Below, in pieces: positions 11,423 to 21,288 of a stretch of DNA of 64,000 nt (the first letter of the stretch is position 1; every line of letters starts with the position of its first letter). The DNA comes from an uncultured bacterium (GTDB lineage Bacteria > Zixibacteria > MSB-5A5 > CAIYYT01): positions 1,472,001 through 1,536,000 of the forward strand of contig CAVSCK010000004.1 of assembly GCA_963726455.1 (NCBI GenBank), given 5' to 3'. A program made the position numbers and the translations under genes. Under the pieces are notes generated by a model. It did no database searches and was not told the DNA's origin. It worked only from the letters and a program-made list of their open reading frames with translations.

Positions 11423-12625
11423 ATGACTCGATACTTTTTCAGAACTGTCTTAATCTCACTCGCTGCTATTCTGATTGCAAGCGGCGTTATGGCAAGTCCC
11501 AAAAAACAATCCAAGCCGGAGCCGGTCCCGTCCCTGGTCGACTCGACTTTGCTGCGATTATTGAACTCCCTGTTCCCCGACAGTGCCGGATATACGGTCG
11601 CCGGCGCGCTCGATCCTCAGCGTCCCGGCAAGACCGACACGGATTTGCTCTTCCAGACCGCCCGAGTTGTCTGTCCCGATTTCGCCTCGCTGCAACGCGC
11701 GATTAGAACCCTCAAGGACAACGAAGAACTCAAGATCAAGAAACTGCGCTACGACCTTGACAAACCCCGTTCCGGCGACCCCGCTGGTTATCGCGGCGTT
11801 ATCGTGACTTTCGGCTGGCAGGATCAGGAGAAAGTCGCCCAGATCCTGACCTTCCAGGAACTTCGCTGGCTGCTCTGGGCGGAAACACTGCTGCCTTATG
11901 ACGCCAAATCCGAATCCAAGTCCAGCCGCGAGTATGCCATCGCCGTCGCAAATTATCTCGATACCGTCGATCACGGCTATACCTCCGTTGACGTTCCCCG
12001 GCCAAAGACCTTCGGCTTGACCGACAAATACGACTTGTTCGCCCCGTTGCCCGATGACTCGATAATTTTTCCTGCCGGCATGACCGAGATTTCGACTCCC
12101 TTTGCCCACGGAATCACTGCCTTTGTGCCGACCGATTCGAGTCTGAACCAATTCAAGTTGCTGGCACCCAATGACACGTTTGTTGACAACGACCCCGCCT
12201 TATTCCAATGGCAGTGCCGCACTTTCTTTTCCGATGGCCACAAACTCTCAGACATCAAAGAACTGACAGCTAAAGATTTTGCCCAACTCGACGCCGGCGA
12301 CTATGCCTTTGCCGTCGGTATGAGCGGCGACATTCACTACGTCAAATACACTCAGCCACACGGCGCTCGCTGGTCACAACAACTTCACGGTCTGCTCTTC
12401 CCGGAAGAACCTATTCTGACCGCCGGCGACTTCGCTATCTCTCGTGATCCCATGCCCTGCATCACGAAGATCAACATCCGCGCGCACCATTTTTCAGGCA
12501 GTGGCCAGCCGCCGACTTCTCTTCGCGCTCTGAGTGACGGTTATCTTACCACGCTCGGACACTTCTTCCAGGCGCTCGACCGGATATTCGTTCATTACCA
12601 CGCCGTTCAGATCAGCAAGTATTGA
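11423..12625 (+). CDS. Exported hypothetical protein with a degenerate RelA/SpoT-like nucleotidyltransferase domain
   Basis: Signal peptide MTRYFFRTVLISLAAILIASGVMA; segment ARVVC...KPRSGDPAGYRGV...AQILTFQELRWLLWAE follows the RelA_SpoT motif order. Confidence 0.55.
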   Translation: MTRYFFRTVLISLAAILIASGVMASPKKQSKPEPVPSLVDSTLLRLLNSLFPDSAGYTVAGALDPQRPGKTDTDLLFQTARVVCPDFASLQRAIRTLKDNEELKIKKLRYDLDKPRSGDPAGYRGVIVTFGWQDQEKVAQILTFQELRWLLWAETLLPYDAKSESKSSREYAIAVANYLDTVDHGYTSVDVPRPKTFGLTDKYDLFAPLPDDSIIFPAGMTEISTPFAHGITAFVPTDSSLNQFKLLAPNDTFVDNDPALFQWQCRTFFSDGHKLSDIKELTAKDFAQLDAGDYAFAVGMSGDIHYVKYTQPHGARWSQQLHGLLFPEEPILTAGDFAISRDPMPCITKINIRAHHFSGSGQPPTSLRALSDGYLTTLGHFFQALDRIFVHYHAVQISKY

Positions 12626-12722
12626 ATCGACTTCTTGAATTCTGTTGGGTTGTCCTGCATTAAGACCTCGCGGTAATTCAGGGGTTTAAACATCCTGATT
12701 CCGCCACCCTCTAAATGCTCGA

Positions 12723-12776
12723 TTATCCATGTTGTTGGGCGAAACTGTCCACATGGTTATGCACATTTGTGGATAT
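12723..12776. promoter_or_regulatory. Cluster of four DnaA-box-like 9-mers
   Basis: TTATCCATG (12723), CTGTCCACA (12745), TTATGCACA (12757), TGTGGATAT (12768, reverse). Confidence 0.45.
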
Positions 12777-12892
12777 CTCTATTGCGCCAAACCACAGCGC
12801 CACAACGTCTTACAAACTGCAATTGCAAAGATTAGTTATTTGTACCTTGCCAACTTGTTAGCCGACAATTCCCTGCGATAAAACTGAGTCCG

Positions 12893-12910
12893 TTGTGAAG
12901 ATTTTCACAT
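12893..12910. promoter_or_regulatory. Rex/CRP-type palindromic operator upstream of hemA
   Basis: TTGTGAA-gatt-TTCACAT. Confidence 0.7.
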
Positions 12911-12914
12911 CTTA

Positions 12915-12930
12915 TGACAATCACGTGACA
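12915..12930 (+). promoter_or_regulatory. HemR-type direct-repeat box (OmpR/PhoB family)
   Basis: TGACA-atcacg-TGACA, a TGACA-N6-TGACA repeat upstream of hemA; the operon encodes an OmpR-family regulator. Confidence 0.7.
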
Positions 12931-12984
12931 ATCGTAATCAACCCACTCCTATTTTCTGGGCAAGTTTATGGAGATCAAACAATC

Positions 12985-14283
12985 GTGAAAGACTTCGGAA
13001 TCATCGGCGTCAACATATCCTCGCAAAACCTTGAACTTCTCGAAAGACTCACTATACCCGCGGAAGAACGTCCCTCTCGGCTGTTCGCACTTAAGACCTT
13101 CGCCGGTTTATCCGGCCTCGTTTATCTCGCCACCTGCAATCGTGTCGAGTTCCTGTTCACCTACAGCGAACCCAACGATCTCACTTCCATCCGCAACAAG
13201 ATGCTCGATCTGTTCTTCCGCGGCGAACAGCATGCGAAGTTTGAGCCGAATGATTTCTATCTCCATAGTGGTCTTGAGGCCGTCACTCACCTGTTCACCG
13301 TCGCATCCGCGCTCGATTCGGTAATGGTTGGTGAAGCGCAGATACTCGGCCAGGTCAAGAACGCTCTCAGTTTCGCACAGGAAAACAACCTGATCGATTC
13401 CGATCTCGATAAGATCTTCCAGGCCGCCTTCCGCGTAGCCAAAAAAGTTCGCTCCGAAACCGACCTCGGTAAAGGCAACGTCTCTGTCGTCGGACTGGTC
13501 ACGGCATTGATTCGCGACTTCATCAAATCCGAAGGGAATGTCCCGGTGGCGCTGTTCGGTGTCGGCGAAATGACCCGCAAAGTTGCCACCTATTTGAAAG
13601 ATCAGGGCATCACGGAAATCTTCTTCGTCAATCGCACCGAGGCCAACACCGAGCCACTTGTACAGCAGTTCGGCGGTCAGGGTATCTCATTAAAGAACTT
13701 CCTCGAAAATCCCTTGCCGGTCAGGATCATTTGCACTGCCACGTCGTCGCCGGCTCCTATTCTCACGGATAGCGAATTCTCCGATATCCTGAACCAAGTG
13801 GAGAATCGCCGTCTGCTTGCAATCGACCTGGCCATACCCCGTGACATCGAAATTTCCGTATCGCTGACCGATGACAATCGTGTTCAGCTTTTCAACATGT
13901 CCGATATCAAGCAGCTTTCCGACACCAATCGCCGCCAGCGTTTCCGGGACGTCGACATCGCCCGCGAAATCATCACGGCTGAGGTTGATCGTTTCCATCA
14001 CGAGGACGTCGAAAGCTCGCTCAAGTCACTTTTTGCCGAATCGCACCGCGAATCGCTCGACCTGGCGCAGAAATGCCTGGATGATCTTTTCGGTAAACAT
14101 CTTCCCAATCTGGACGACAATGATCGTAAGAAGATTGAGTACATGTTAAACAAGGTGGTTAACTTTACCGCCTATCGGCCGGTGCATATGATGGCTAAGA
14201 AAATCACTTCCGAAAAATCAACCAACGCTCATCCTCTTCCTGACAAGTTGCGCCGTTTGCTGAATTCCCCGCAAGGAAACTAA
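12985..14283 (+). CDS. hemA: Glutamyl-tRNA reductase
   Basis: ATCNRVEF, LDSVMVGEAQILGQVK, GVGEM, IDLAIPRDI. GTG start at 12985 chosen because a GGAG RBS lies upstream. Confidence 0.96.
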   Translation: MKDFGIIGVNISSQNLELLERLTIPAEERPSRLFALKTFAGLSGLVYLATCNRVEFLFTYSEPNDLTSIRNKMLDLFFRGEQHAKFEPNDFYLHSGLEAVTHLFTVASALDSVMVGEAQILGQVKNALSFAQENNLIDSDLDKIFQAAFRVAKKVRSETDLGKGNVSVVGLVTALIRDFIKSEGNVPVALFGVGEMTRKVATYLKDQGITEIFFVNRTEANTEPLVQQFGGQGISLKNFLENPLPVRIICTATSSPAPILTDSEFSDILNQVENRRLLAIDLAIPRDIEISVSLTDDNRVQLFNMSDIKQLSDTNRRQRFRDVDIAREIITAEVDRFHHEDVESSLKSLFAESHRESLDLAQKCLDDLFGKHLPNLDDNDRKKIEYMLNKVVNFTAYRPVHMMAKKITSEKSTNAHPLPDKLRRLLNSPQGN

Positions 14284-15221
14284 TGGACAAGCTCGTCATC
14301 GGTTCGCGCGGTTCCGATCTGGCGCTTTGGCAGGCGAACTTCATCAAAGAAAACCTCGCCAAGCATACCGACGTTCCAATTGAAATCAAGATCATCAGGA
14401 CCCAGGGCGACAAGATCGATCACCTTTCCTTTTCCGAGATGGAAGGCAAGGGCTTCTTCACCAAGGAACTGGAGGACGAACTTCTCGCCGGCAGCATCGA
14501 TCTGGCCGTGCACTCACTTAAAGACCTTCAGACAACCATGCCATTCGGACTCACGCTGGGCGCCGTTTGTTTTCGTGAAGACCCCCGCGAACTGGTGCTG
14601 ATCAGGCCCGGAGCCGGCAATTCGACTGCGTTGCTCGGCGTCAAAGAAGACTCCATCGTCGGTACCAGTTCCGTACGCAGGCAATGCCAGGTGGCCAGTC
14701 TTGGCCCTTCGCTCAAGATCAAAGACCTGCGCGGCAATGTGCCGACCCGCATCCGCAAGTTGAGAGAAGGACAATATGATGCCATCATCCTGGCTTATGC
14801 CGGTGTTAAGCGGCTTAATCTTGAACTCTCCGACTTGATGACTTACGCCCTGAACACCTCCCTCTTTCTGCCCGCTCCGGGTCAGGGCATCCTCGGCATC
14901 CAGATTCGCGAGAACGATTCACCTGTGAAATCAATAGTGTCCGCGTTGGATTCCAATGACCTTCGTCAGCAGGTTGCGCTCGAGCGTGGTTTGCTGGCAA
15001 GATTCGCCGGTGGTTGTCAACTGCCGCTCGCCGCCATTTCCGAGATTACACCCGACGGCTACTCTCTTAAGGCAGTCCTGGGCGTTCATAACGGCGCCGT
15101 TTGGGGGGAATTGCGACGAGTCGAATTGACCGGCACTGATATCGAGACCATAGTAGACAGGGCGTACCAATGCCTCAGCGAGCCAAAGCCACGGCAGACC
15201 GACTCAGCCACGCTACGTTAA
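14283..15221 (+). CDS. hemC: Hydroxymethylbilane synthase (porphobilinogen deaminase)
   Basis: GSRGSDLALWQA, GKGFFTKELE, AVHSLKD, GTSSVRR, LRGNVPTR, GGCQLP. Confidence 0.97.
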   Translation: MDKLVIGSRGSDLALWQANFIKENLAKHTDVPIEIKIIRTQGDKIDHLSFSEMEGKGFFTKELEDELLAGSIDLAVHSLKDLQTTMPFGLTLGAVCFREDPRELVLIRPGAGNSTALLGVKEDSIVGTSSVRRQCQVASLGPSLKIKDLRGNVPTRIRKLREGQYDAIILAYAGVKRLNLELSDLMTYALNTSLFLPAPGQGILGIQIRENDSPVKSIVSALDSNDLRQQVALERGLLARFAGGCQLPLAAISEITPDGYSLKAVLGVHNGAVWGELRRVELTGTDIETIVDRAYQCLSEPKPRQTDSATLR

Positions 15222-15931
15222 CCGTTCTGATTTCCCGTCCCGCATCGCAGCTTACGGAATTTCTGCGGGTTGCTTCGGATCGCAAAGTGCGAATCATCCC
15301 TTTTCCGTTAATGAGCATCGAACCGACCATTGATCGTTTCGACACCGCCGAAATTGCCCAGGACTTGGCCGATACATCCTGGCTCCTTTTCACCAGTGCC
15401 AACGCCGTCAGAGTCTACCTTGACTTCCTGCGAAAACACAATATCCCGATTCCTTCAGATATCTCCGTCGGCGTTATCGGCAAGAAGACCGCAGAAATGG
15501 TCGAGCGCTACAGTTTGCAGGTCAACCTCTGTCCCAAAGAGGAAATCGCAGAAGGTCTCCTGCAGGAATTCCTTGATTTACACCTACCTCACGACAAGAT
15601 AATTACCATTCCCGCCGCCGCGGATGTTCGACCAGTGTTGGTGGATGGCCTGCTCCGTGCCGGGTACCATACCAACAGACTTGATATTTATCGCAACGCC
15701 GCAACGCCGGCGCACCTGCTGCCCGTCATCTCCGACGAACAGATTGATTATTTTTGTTTCTTGAGTAGTTCTGCTGTAGAACGTTATAATGAGTTGTTTG
15801 GTCGACCGACCGGCACAGCGGTTTCGATCGGCAAAATCACCACCGCGACCATGAACTCGCTTGGGTGGCTTAACATAATCGAATTGCCGGAACCGGATCT
15901 CAACCGGCTCTGGGAGGTCATTGATGCATAG
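15170..15931 (+). CDS. hemD: Uroporphyrinogen-III synthase (possibly fused to HemC)
   Basis: VLISRP, WLLFTSANAV, VIGKKTA, FLSSSAV, SIGKITT; overlaps hemC by 52 nt. Confidence 0.88.
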   Translation: MPQRAKATADRLSHATLTVLISRPASQLTEFLRVASDRKVRIIPFPLMSIEPTIDRFDTAEIAQDLADTSWLLFTSANAVRVYLDFLRKHNIPIPSDISVGVIGKKTAEMVERYSLQVNLCPKEEIAEGLLQEFLDLHLPHDKIITIPAAADVRPVLVDGLLRAGYHTNRLDIYRNAATPAHLLPVISDEQIDYFCFLSSSAVERYNELFGRPTGTAVSIGKITTATMNSLGWLNIIELPEPDLNRLWEVIDA

Positions 15932-16907
15932 TGTTTATTATAGGCCGCGACGGTTGCGTGTGAATCAACTGATCCGCGATTTGGCTGCGGAAACGCAGCT
16001 CAAACTTAGCGGCATGATTCAGCCCTATTTCGTCTGCGATGGCAAGAATGTCAAAACCGAAATCTCCAGCATGCCGGGTATCTTCCGTGAGTCGGCCGAT
16101 TCGCTGGTCAAATCCATAGCTGCCGACTTGAAGCTGGGCATCAAACGTGTCATGTTGTTCGGTGTGCCCGATATTAAAGACGCCAACGCTTCTTCGGCAC
16201 TCGGCAAAGATGCCGTTGTCAATCGCGCCGTCAAGATGCTCAAGGATAAATTCGGCGAGCAGATTTTTGTCTCTGCTGACGTTTGCCTGTGCGCCTATAC
16301 CGACTCCGGACATTGCGGCATACTGTCGGGGGAACAGATTGACAACGACAAATCCCTGCCGGTGTTGACCCAGATGGCACTCGATTTGGCGCGCGCCGGC
16401 TGTGACTGTGTGGCTCCTTCCGATATGATGGATGGCCGCGTCGCCGCAATTCGCGACGCGCTCGAAGACGAGGGCTTCGTCAACACATTGATACTCGCTT
16501 ACAGTGCCAAGTATGCTTCGGCCTACTATGGTCCGTTCCGCGAAGCGGCTGAGTCTGCGCCGCAACATGGTGACCGCCAGTCTTACCAGATGGACGTTCG
16601 CAATCGTCTGGAGGCTGTCAAGGAAGTTGCGCTCGACATCGAGGAGGGTGCCGACCTGGTCATGGTCAAGCCCGCGCTTGCTTACTTGGACATCATCTCT
16701 GACGTTCGCGCCGCCACCGAATTGCCGGTTGCCGCCTACAACGTCTCCGGTGAATACAGCATGGTCAAACTGATGGTTCAGGCGGGCTATGCCGAGGAAA
16801 AACGTCTGGTGCTGGAAAACCTGACCGCTATCACGCGCGCCGGCGCCGACATCATTCTCACTTACCATCTGCGCGATATCCTCAAGAACGGATGGTTGAA
16901 TGGCTGA
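15924..16907 (+). CDS. hemB: Porphobilinogen synthase (ALA dehydratase), Zn-binding type
   Basis: RPRRLR, DVCLCAYTDSGHCG, APSDMMDGR, MVKPA, AYNVSGEYSM. Confidence 0.97.
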   Translation: MHSVYYRPRRLRVNQLIRDLAAETQLKLSGMIQPYFVCDGKNVKTEISSMPGIFRESADSLVKSIAADLKLGIKRVMLFGVPDIKDANASSALGKDAVVNRAVKMLKDKFGEQIFVSADVCLCAYTDSGHCGILSGEQIDNDKSLPVLTQMALDLARAGCDCVAPSDMMDGRVAAIRDALEDEGFVNTLILAYSAKYASAYYGPFREAAESAPQHGDRQSYQMDVRNRLEAVKEVALDIEEGADLVMVKPALAYLDIISDVRAATELPVAAYNVSGEYSMVKLMVQAGYAEEKRLVLENLTAITRAGADIILTYHLRDILKNGWLNG

Positions 16908-18183
16908 TCAATCCAAATCGCACCACACTTTCTCGCGCGCCCGCAAAGTCATTCCCGGTGGCGTAAGCTCACCCGTCCGCGCCTTCCGTGCAGTTGGCGG
17001 CGAGCCGGTCTTCATGGATCATGGCCGGGGGCCGTACTTGTTCGATCTCGATGGCAATCGCTATCTCGATTTCTGCTGTTCCTGGGGACCATTGATACTC
17101 GGCCACGCGCAGTCCGAAGTCGTCGATACCGTCACGACCGCTGTTGCCGCCGGCATGACGTTTGGCACGGCCACCGCAATCGAAGTTGACCTTGCCGAGA
17201 AAATTATTGAGAAAGTCAAACCCATTGAAATGGTGCGCTTCGTCTCCTCCGGCACCGAAGCCGTGATGTCTGCGGTTCGGTTGGCGCGCGGCTTCACGCA
17301 TCGCGACAAGATCATCAAATTCAACGGCTGCTATCATGGCCACTCCGACTACCTGCTTGTTAAGGCCGGCTCTGGGTTGGTCACCTTCGGGACTCCGTCG
17401 TCAGCAGGCGTGCCCGAGGACTTCGTCAAACATACCCTGGTCGCCGAACTCGACGACGAAAAACATGTGATCGCCTATTTCGATCAATACGGAAAAGACA
17501 TCGCCGCAGTAATCATCGAACCGATACCGGCCAATAACGGCCTGCTCCCGCAGCGCCCTGAATTCCTGCAATTCCTGCGCGACATCACCACCAAACATGG
17601 CGCACTCTTGATCTTCGACGAAGTCATCTCCGGTTTCCGCGTTGGCTGGGGAGGCGCCGCCGAGCTTTACGGCATCACTCCCGATCTCATGACCTTCGGT
17701 AAAGTCATTGGCGGTGGCATGCCGGTCGGCGCGTTCGGTGGTCGGCGCGAAATCATGGAGCAACTGGCACCGCTAGGCGCCGTCTATCAGGCGGGCACGC
17801 TTTCCGGAAATCCTGTCGCGATGGCTGCGGGACTCAAGACCCTGTCAATTCTCGAACGCGACGATTCGTATTCACGCCTTGAATCCCTTGGCTCATCGTT
17901 TGAACGCTCGCTAAAAAACTCCCTCGCCAACCTCCCGGTCTCTGTCTTGCGTGTTGGCTCGATAGTCTGGATCGCGCTGCAACCACAACCGCCGCGCCGT
18001 GCCATCGACATTGAAGACAAGGGCATTGCCATCTACAACGCCATGCATCGCGAAATTCTGGAAGCCGGAATCTATCTGCCGCCTTCCGGCTATGAAGTCC
18101 TGTTTGTCAGCACGGCGCACACCGAAGCGATGCTGACCGACGCCGCCGGAATAATCGCGCGCGGCATCAAGGCACGCCTGTAA
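16900..18183 (+). CDS. hemL: Glutamate-1-semialdehyde 2,1-aminomutase
   Basis: PGGVSSPVRAF, SGTEAVMSAVRLAR, FDEVISGFR, FGKVIGGGMPVGA, YQAGTLSGNP. Confidence 0.97.
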   Translation: MADQSKSHHTFSRARKVIPGGVSSPVRAFRAVGGEPVFMDHGRGPYLFDLDGNRYLDFCCSWGPLILGHAQSEVVDTVTTAVAAGMTFGTATAIEVDLAEKIIEKVKPIEMVRFVSSGTEAVMSAVRLARGFTHRDKIIKFNGCYHGHSDYLLVKAGSGLVTFGTPSSAGVPEDFVKHTLVAELDDEKHVIAYFDQYGKDIAAVIIEPIPANNGLLPQRPEFLQFLRDITTKHGALLIFDEVISGFRVGWGGAAELYGITPDLMTFGKVIGGGMPVGAFGGRREIMEQLAPLGAVYQAGTLSGNPVAMAAGLKTLSILERDDSYSRLESLGSSFERSLKNSLANLPVSVLRVGSIVWIALQPQPPRRAIDIEDKGIAIYNAMHREILEAGIYLPPSGYEVLFVSTAHTEAMLTDAAGIIARGIKARL

Positions 18184-18205
18184 AGCAACGAGCAGTGAGA
18201 CGAAC

Positions 18206-19564
18206 ATGAAATCACTAGCCAGAAGACTCAGGGCGCCCAAAGGAATGGCGCTGGCATTGTTTGTTGCGATCGCGGTCGTGGCCGTCGCTCAGATAAGCTG
18301 GTGGATACTTTTTCAGGTCACAATCTCCCGCGAACAGGAACATCTCTATCGCCAGGTCGCGCAGACTTCCGCCAATCTCACGACTACCATGCTCAATCAA
18401 TGTTATGACCGCCTGGTCTCGCACGCTACGGTCATTGCATCCGACGACAACCCGCAGCACGTCAAGCGCTCATTCGATCAGCTATTGAATGATCCCGCCG
18501 TCAACGGCTACCTCATCAGCGATTCCTCCGGACAGACGATTGCCCGGGGCGGCGTGCTTGATTCATCACTCTATCTGCCGATTGCAGGCCAAGATCCGGT
18601 CGTTCTCTATCTCAATAGCCGCTATCCGATCGCGCAGATCGCCGGTGTCGCGCCGAATCTGACATTTCAGGATAACGGCAAACGCGGTGTCTACACTTCG
18701 CCCTGGTTTGATTCCAGTATGTTCGTCCTCAAGCCCGAAGTGTTGGCGACCGTCCAGAACAAGGCGTTTCATCGCATTGTCATGTTTGCCGCCGAGGGTT
18801 CCTTCTTCGTCCTCCTGACTTTGCTCGGCGCGTTTATGATCTACCGCACGCTTCGGCAAACCGAGGAACTCAAACAGCAGCAGGAAAATTTCATCCATGC
18901 CGTAACGCATGAATTCAAGATCCCCGTGGCGTCGATCAAGCTCTATTTGGAGACAATGTCCTCGCAGAAAATCGACAAGGACAAGTATCAGACCTTCATC
19001 CCGCGCATGCTCGAAGACTGCCAGCGCCTCGAACGCCTGGTCGACAACGTCCTTGAAGCCGGTCGTCTGAGTCGTCATAGTCACCATCTCAAACTGGCGC
19101 CGGCAAATCTGTCCGCCGACATCGAGGAATATCTCGAAGAGTTGCGGCCGCTTATCGAACGCAGCCACCTGAAACTGTCTGTTAATATCGAATCCGACCT
19201 GAACGTCCGCTCCGACTACCAGGCCATGCGTCGCGTCGTCTCGGCTTTGGTCGACAACGCCATCAAGTACTCGCCGGAAAATCGCCGCGAACTTACCATC
19301 ACTGCGAAACGCGTCGGTCATAAATGCCGCCTGACCTTCGCCGACCGTGGCGTCGGAATCGCTCGCGAAGAACAGGACAACATCTTCAATCGCTTCTATC
19401 GCACGGGCACCGAAAACACCCGCACCGTGAAAGGAACCGGATTGGGATTGTTCCTTGTTAAAGAGATTGTGACCGAGCATGATGGCGCCGTGGAGGTAAA
19501 ATCCGACGGCCTTGATCAGGGCAGCACGTTCGTGATCACTCTTCCATTGGAGAAAAGGTCATGA
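18206..19564 (+). CDS. Membrane sensor histidine kinase (Leptospira HemK/Hklep-like position)
   Basis: Two TM helices around a periplasmic domain; H-box VTHEFKIP, N-box LVDNAIKYS, G boxes DRGVG and GTGLGL. Confidence 0.92.
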   Translation: MKSLARRLRAPKGMALALFVAIAVVAVAQISWWILFQVTISREQEHLYRQVAQTSANLTTTMLNQCYDRLVSHATVIASDDNPQHVKRSFDQLLNDPAVNGYLISDSSGQTIARGGVLDSSLYLPIAGQDPVVLYLNSRYPIAQIAGVAPNLTFQDNGKRGVYTSPWFDSSMFVLKPEVLATVQNKAFHRIVMFAAEGSFFVLLTLLGAFMIYRTLRQTEELKQQQENFIHAVTHEFKIPVASIKLYLETMSSQKIDKDKYQTFIPRMLEDCQRLERLVDNVLEAGRLSRHSHHLKLAPANLSADIEEYLEELRPLIERSHLKLSVNIESDLNVRSDYQAMRRVVSALVDNAIKYSPENRRELTITAKRVGHKCRLTFADRGVGIAREEQDNIFNRFYRTGTENTRTVKGTGLGLFLVKEIVTEHDGAVEVKSDGLDQGSTFVITLPLEKRS

Positions 19565-20277
19565 GCAAACGCATTCTTGTCGTCGAGGACGAAGAACATA
19601 TCGCCGACGGGCTGGCTATGAATCTCGAAGCCGAGGGCTACGAAGTCGTGGTCTGCGGCGACGGCAACGCTGCGCTCGATTACTACCGGAAAGGTTTTCT
19701 CGACTTGATCATTCTCGACATCATGATTCCCGGCAAGGACGGCCTCGCCGTCTGCCGCGAAATCCGGCAGAGTGGCGGACGCGTTCCGATTCTCTTTCTC
19801 ACGGCGCGTGACCGGCAGTCCGATCGCGTCGAGGGTTTCCTGACCGGCGGCGACGACTACATGACCAAACCGTTCGATTTGCAGGAACTGCTTCTGCGCG
19901 TAGCTGCCATCTTCCGTCGGCAGGTCTGGTACGGCACCGTCGAACGCGAGGAATCGCGCTACGACTGGCACGAGAATTGGATAAATTTCAAAAGCTATCT
20001 CGCGCACGGTCCCGGAGGTGAGGTCGAATTATCTCAGAAGGAATGCATGACCATGAAATTCCTGGTCGAGCATCACGACGAGGTCGTCTCTCGCGACATG
20101 ATTCTCGACGCCGTCTGGGGCTACCATGTCTACCCATCGAGCCGCACGATTGACAACTTCATCGTACGACTGCGCAAAATATTCGAGCCCGATCCTACCG
20201 TGCCGCGATACATCCATACCCTGCGCGGTGTCGGCTACAAATTCACACCCGGCGGAGAGACCGATGCCTCATTATAA
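19561..20277 (+). CDS. OmpR/PhoB-family response regulator (HemR-like)
   Basis: VVEDE, LDIMIP, TA, KPF receiver motifs; winged-helix RTIDNFIVRLRK...HTLRGVGY. Confidence 0.93.
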   Translation: MSKRILVVEDEEHIADGLAMNLEAEGYEVVVCGDGNAALDYYRKGFLDLIILDIMIPGKDGLAVCREIRQSGGRVPILFLTARDRQSDRVEGFLTGGDDYMTKPFDLQELLLRVAAIFRRQVWYGTVEREESRYDWHENWINFKSYLAHGPGGEVELSQKECMTMKFLVEHHDEVVSRDMILDAVWGYHVYPSSRTIDNFIVRLRKIFEPDPTVPRYIHTLRGVGYKFTPGGETDASL

Positions 20278-21286
20278 TTTCATCGCCGCTGCGCTGCGGC
20301 AACCGCACGAGACCGTGCCCATTTGGGTCATGCGCCAGGCCGGCCGATACTTGCCCGAGTACCGCGCCGTTCGCAGTCGGGCGTCGTTTCTCGATCTGTG
20401 CCATCAGCCCGACTTGATGACCGAAGTCTCCCTGCAACCGATCGACATTTTCGGCTTTGACGCCGCAATCTTCTTTTCCGACATCCTGATTCCTTTGGCG
20501 CCGCTCGGCATTTCGGTCACTTTCCCGAACGGCCCGCCGCGACTCGAACCGCCGTTACGCAGTCCTGCCGACATCGACAAATTGAAACCGTACGATATCA
20601 AGTCCGAGCTTTCGTTTGCACTCGCCGGGATCCGGCAAATTCGCACCAAACTTGATGGACGCGTGCCGTTGATCGGTTTCTGCGGATCACCTTTCACGCT
20701 CCTCTGTTACCTTGTCGAGGGTGGCGGCTCGAAAGATTTCACCGAGACCAAGAAGTTCATCTTCACGTATCCTGATGCTGCCACGCGATTGTTGACCCTT
20801 CTCGCTGATCTGGTCGGCGAATATCTCTCGCATCAGATTGCGGCCGGTGCGCAGGCAGTTCAGGTATTCGACACCTGGGGCGGAATATTGTCGCCGGCTG
20901 ATTACCGCCGCTTCAGTCTGCCCTTTGTGCAACGCGTTTTCGATCGCTGCCACACCAAAGGCGTGCCGCGCATCCTGTATCTGGGCAATACGGCCTGCTA
21001 TCTCAATCTGCTCGCCGATCTCCACTGCGAAGTGATTTCGATTGACTGGCGCACTGACTTGACGGCGGCAAAAGCTGCACTGCCCAACCAGGCAATCCAG
21101 GGCAATCTTGATCCCAACATTCTCTTCGCTCCAACGTCAGTAGTTATTGACGAGGCCCGTCGTATTCTTGAGATTATGCGCGACCGCGACGGCTTTATTT
21201 TCAACCTTGGCCACGGCATCTTACCGCAAACACCGGTTGACAACGTACATGCGCTGGTGGATACGGTTCACTCATTTCGGAGATAA
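20264..21286 (+). CDS. hemE: Uroporphyrinogen decarboxylase
   Basis: PIWVMRQAGRYLPEYR, FSDIL, QGNLDP, FNLGHG; ATG at 20264 after GGAGAG. Confidence 0.97.
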   Translation: MPHYNFIAAALRQPHETVPIWVMRQAGRYLPEYRAVRSRASFLDLCHQPDLMTEVSLQPIDIFGFDAAIFFSDILIPLAPLGISVTFPNGPPRLEPPLRSPADIDKLKPYDIKSELSFALAGIRQIRTKLDGRVPLIGFCGSPFTLLCYLVEGGGSKDFTETKKFIFTYPDAATRLLTLLADLVGEYLSHQIAAGAQAVQVFDTWGGILSPADYRRFSLPFVQRVFDRCHTKGVPRILYLGNTACYLNLLADLHCEVISIDWRTDLTAAKAALPNQAIQGNLDPNILFAPTSVVIDEARRILEIMRDRDGFIFNLGHGILPQTPVDNVHALVDTVHSFRR

Positions 21287-21288
21287 TC

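Noticed and set aside
15918-19480. Long antisense ORFs (316 aa opposite hemB, 304 aa opposite the kinase)
   Set aside because: Shadow frames expected opposite GC-rich genes; no motifs.
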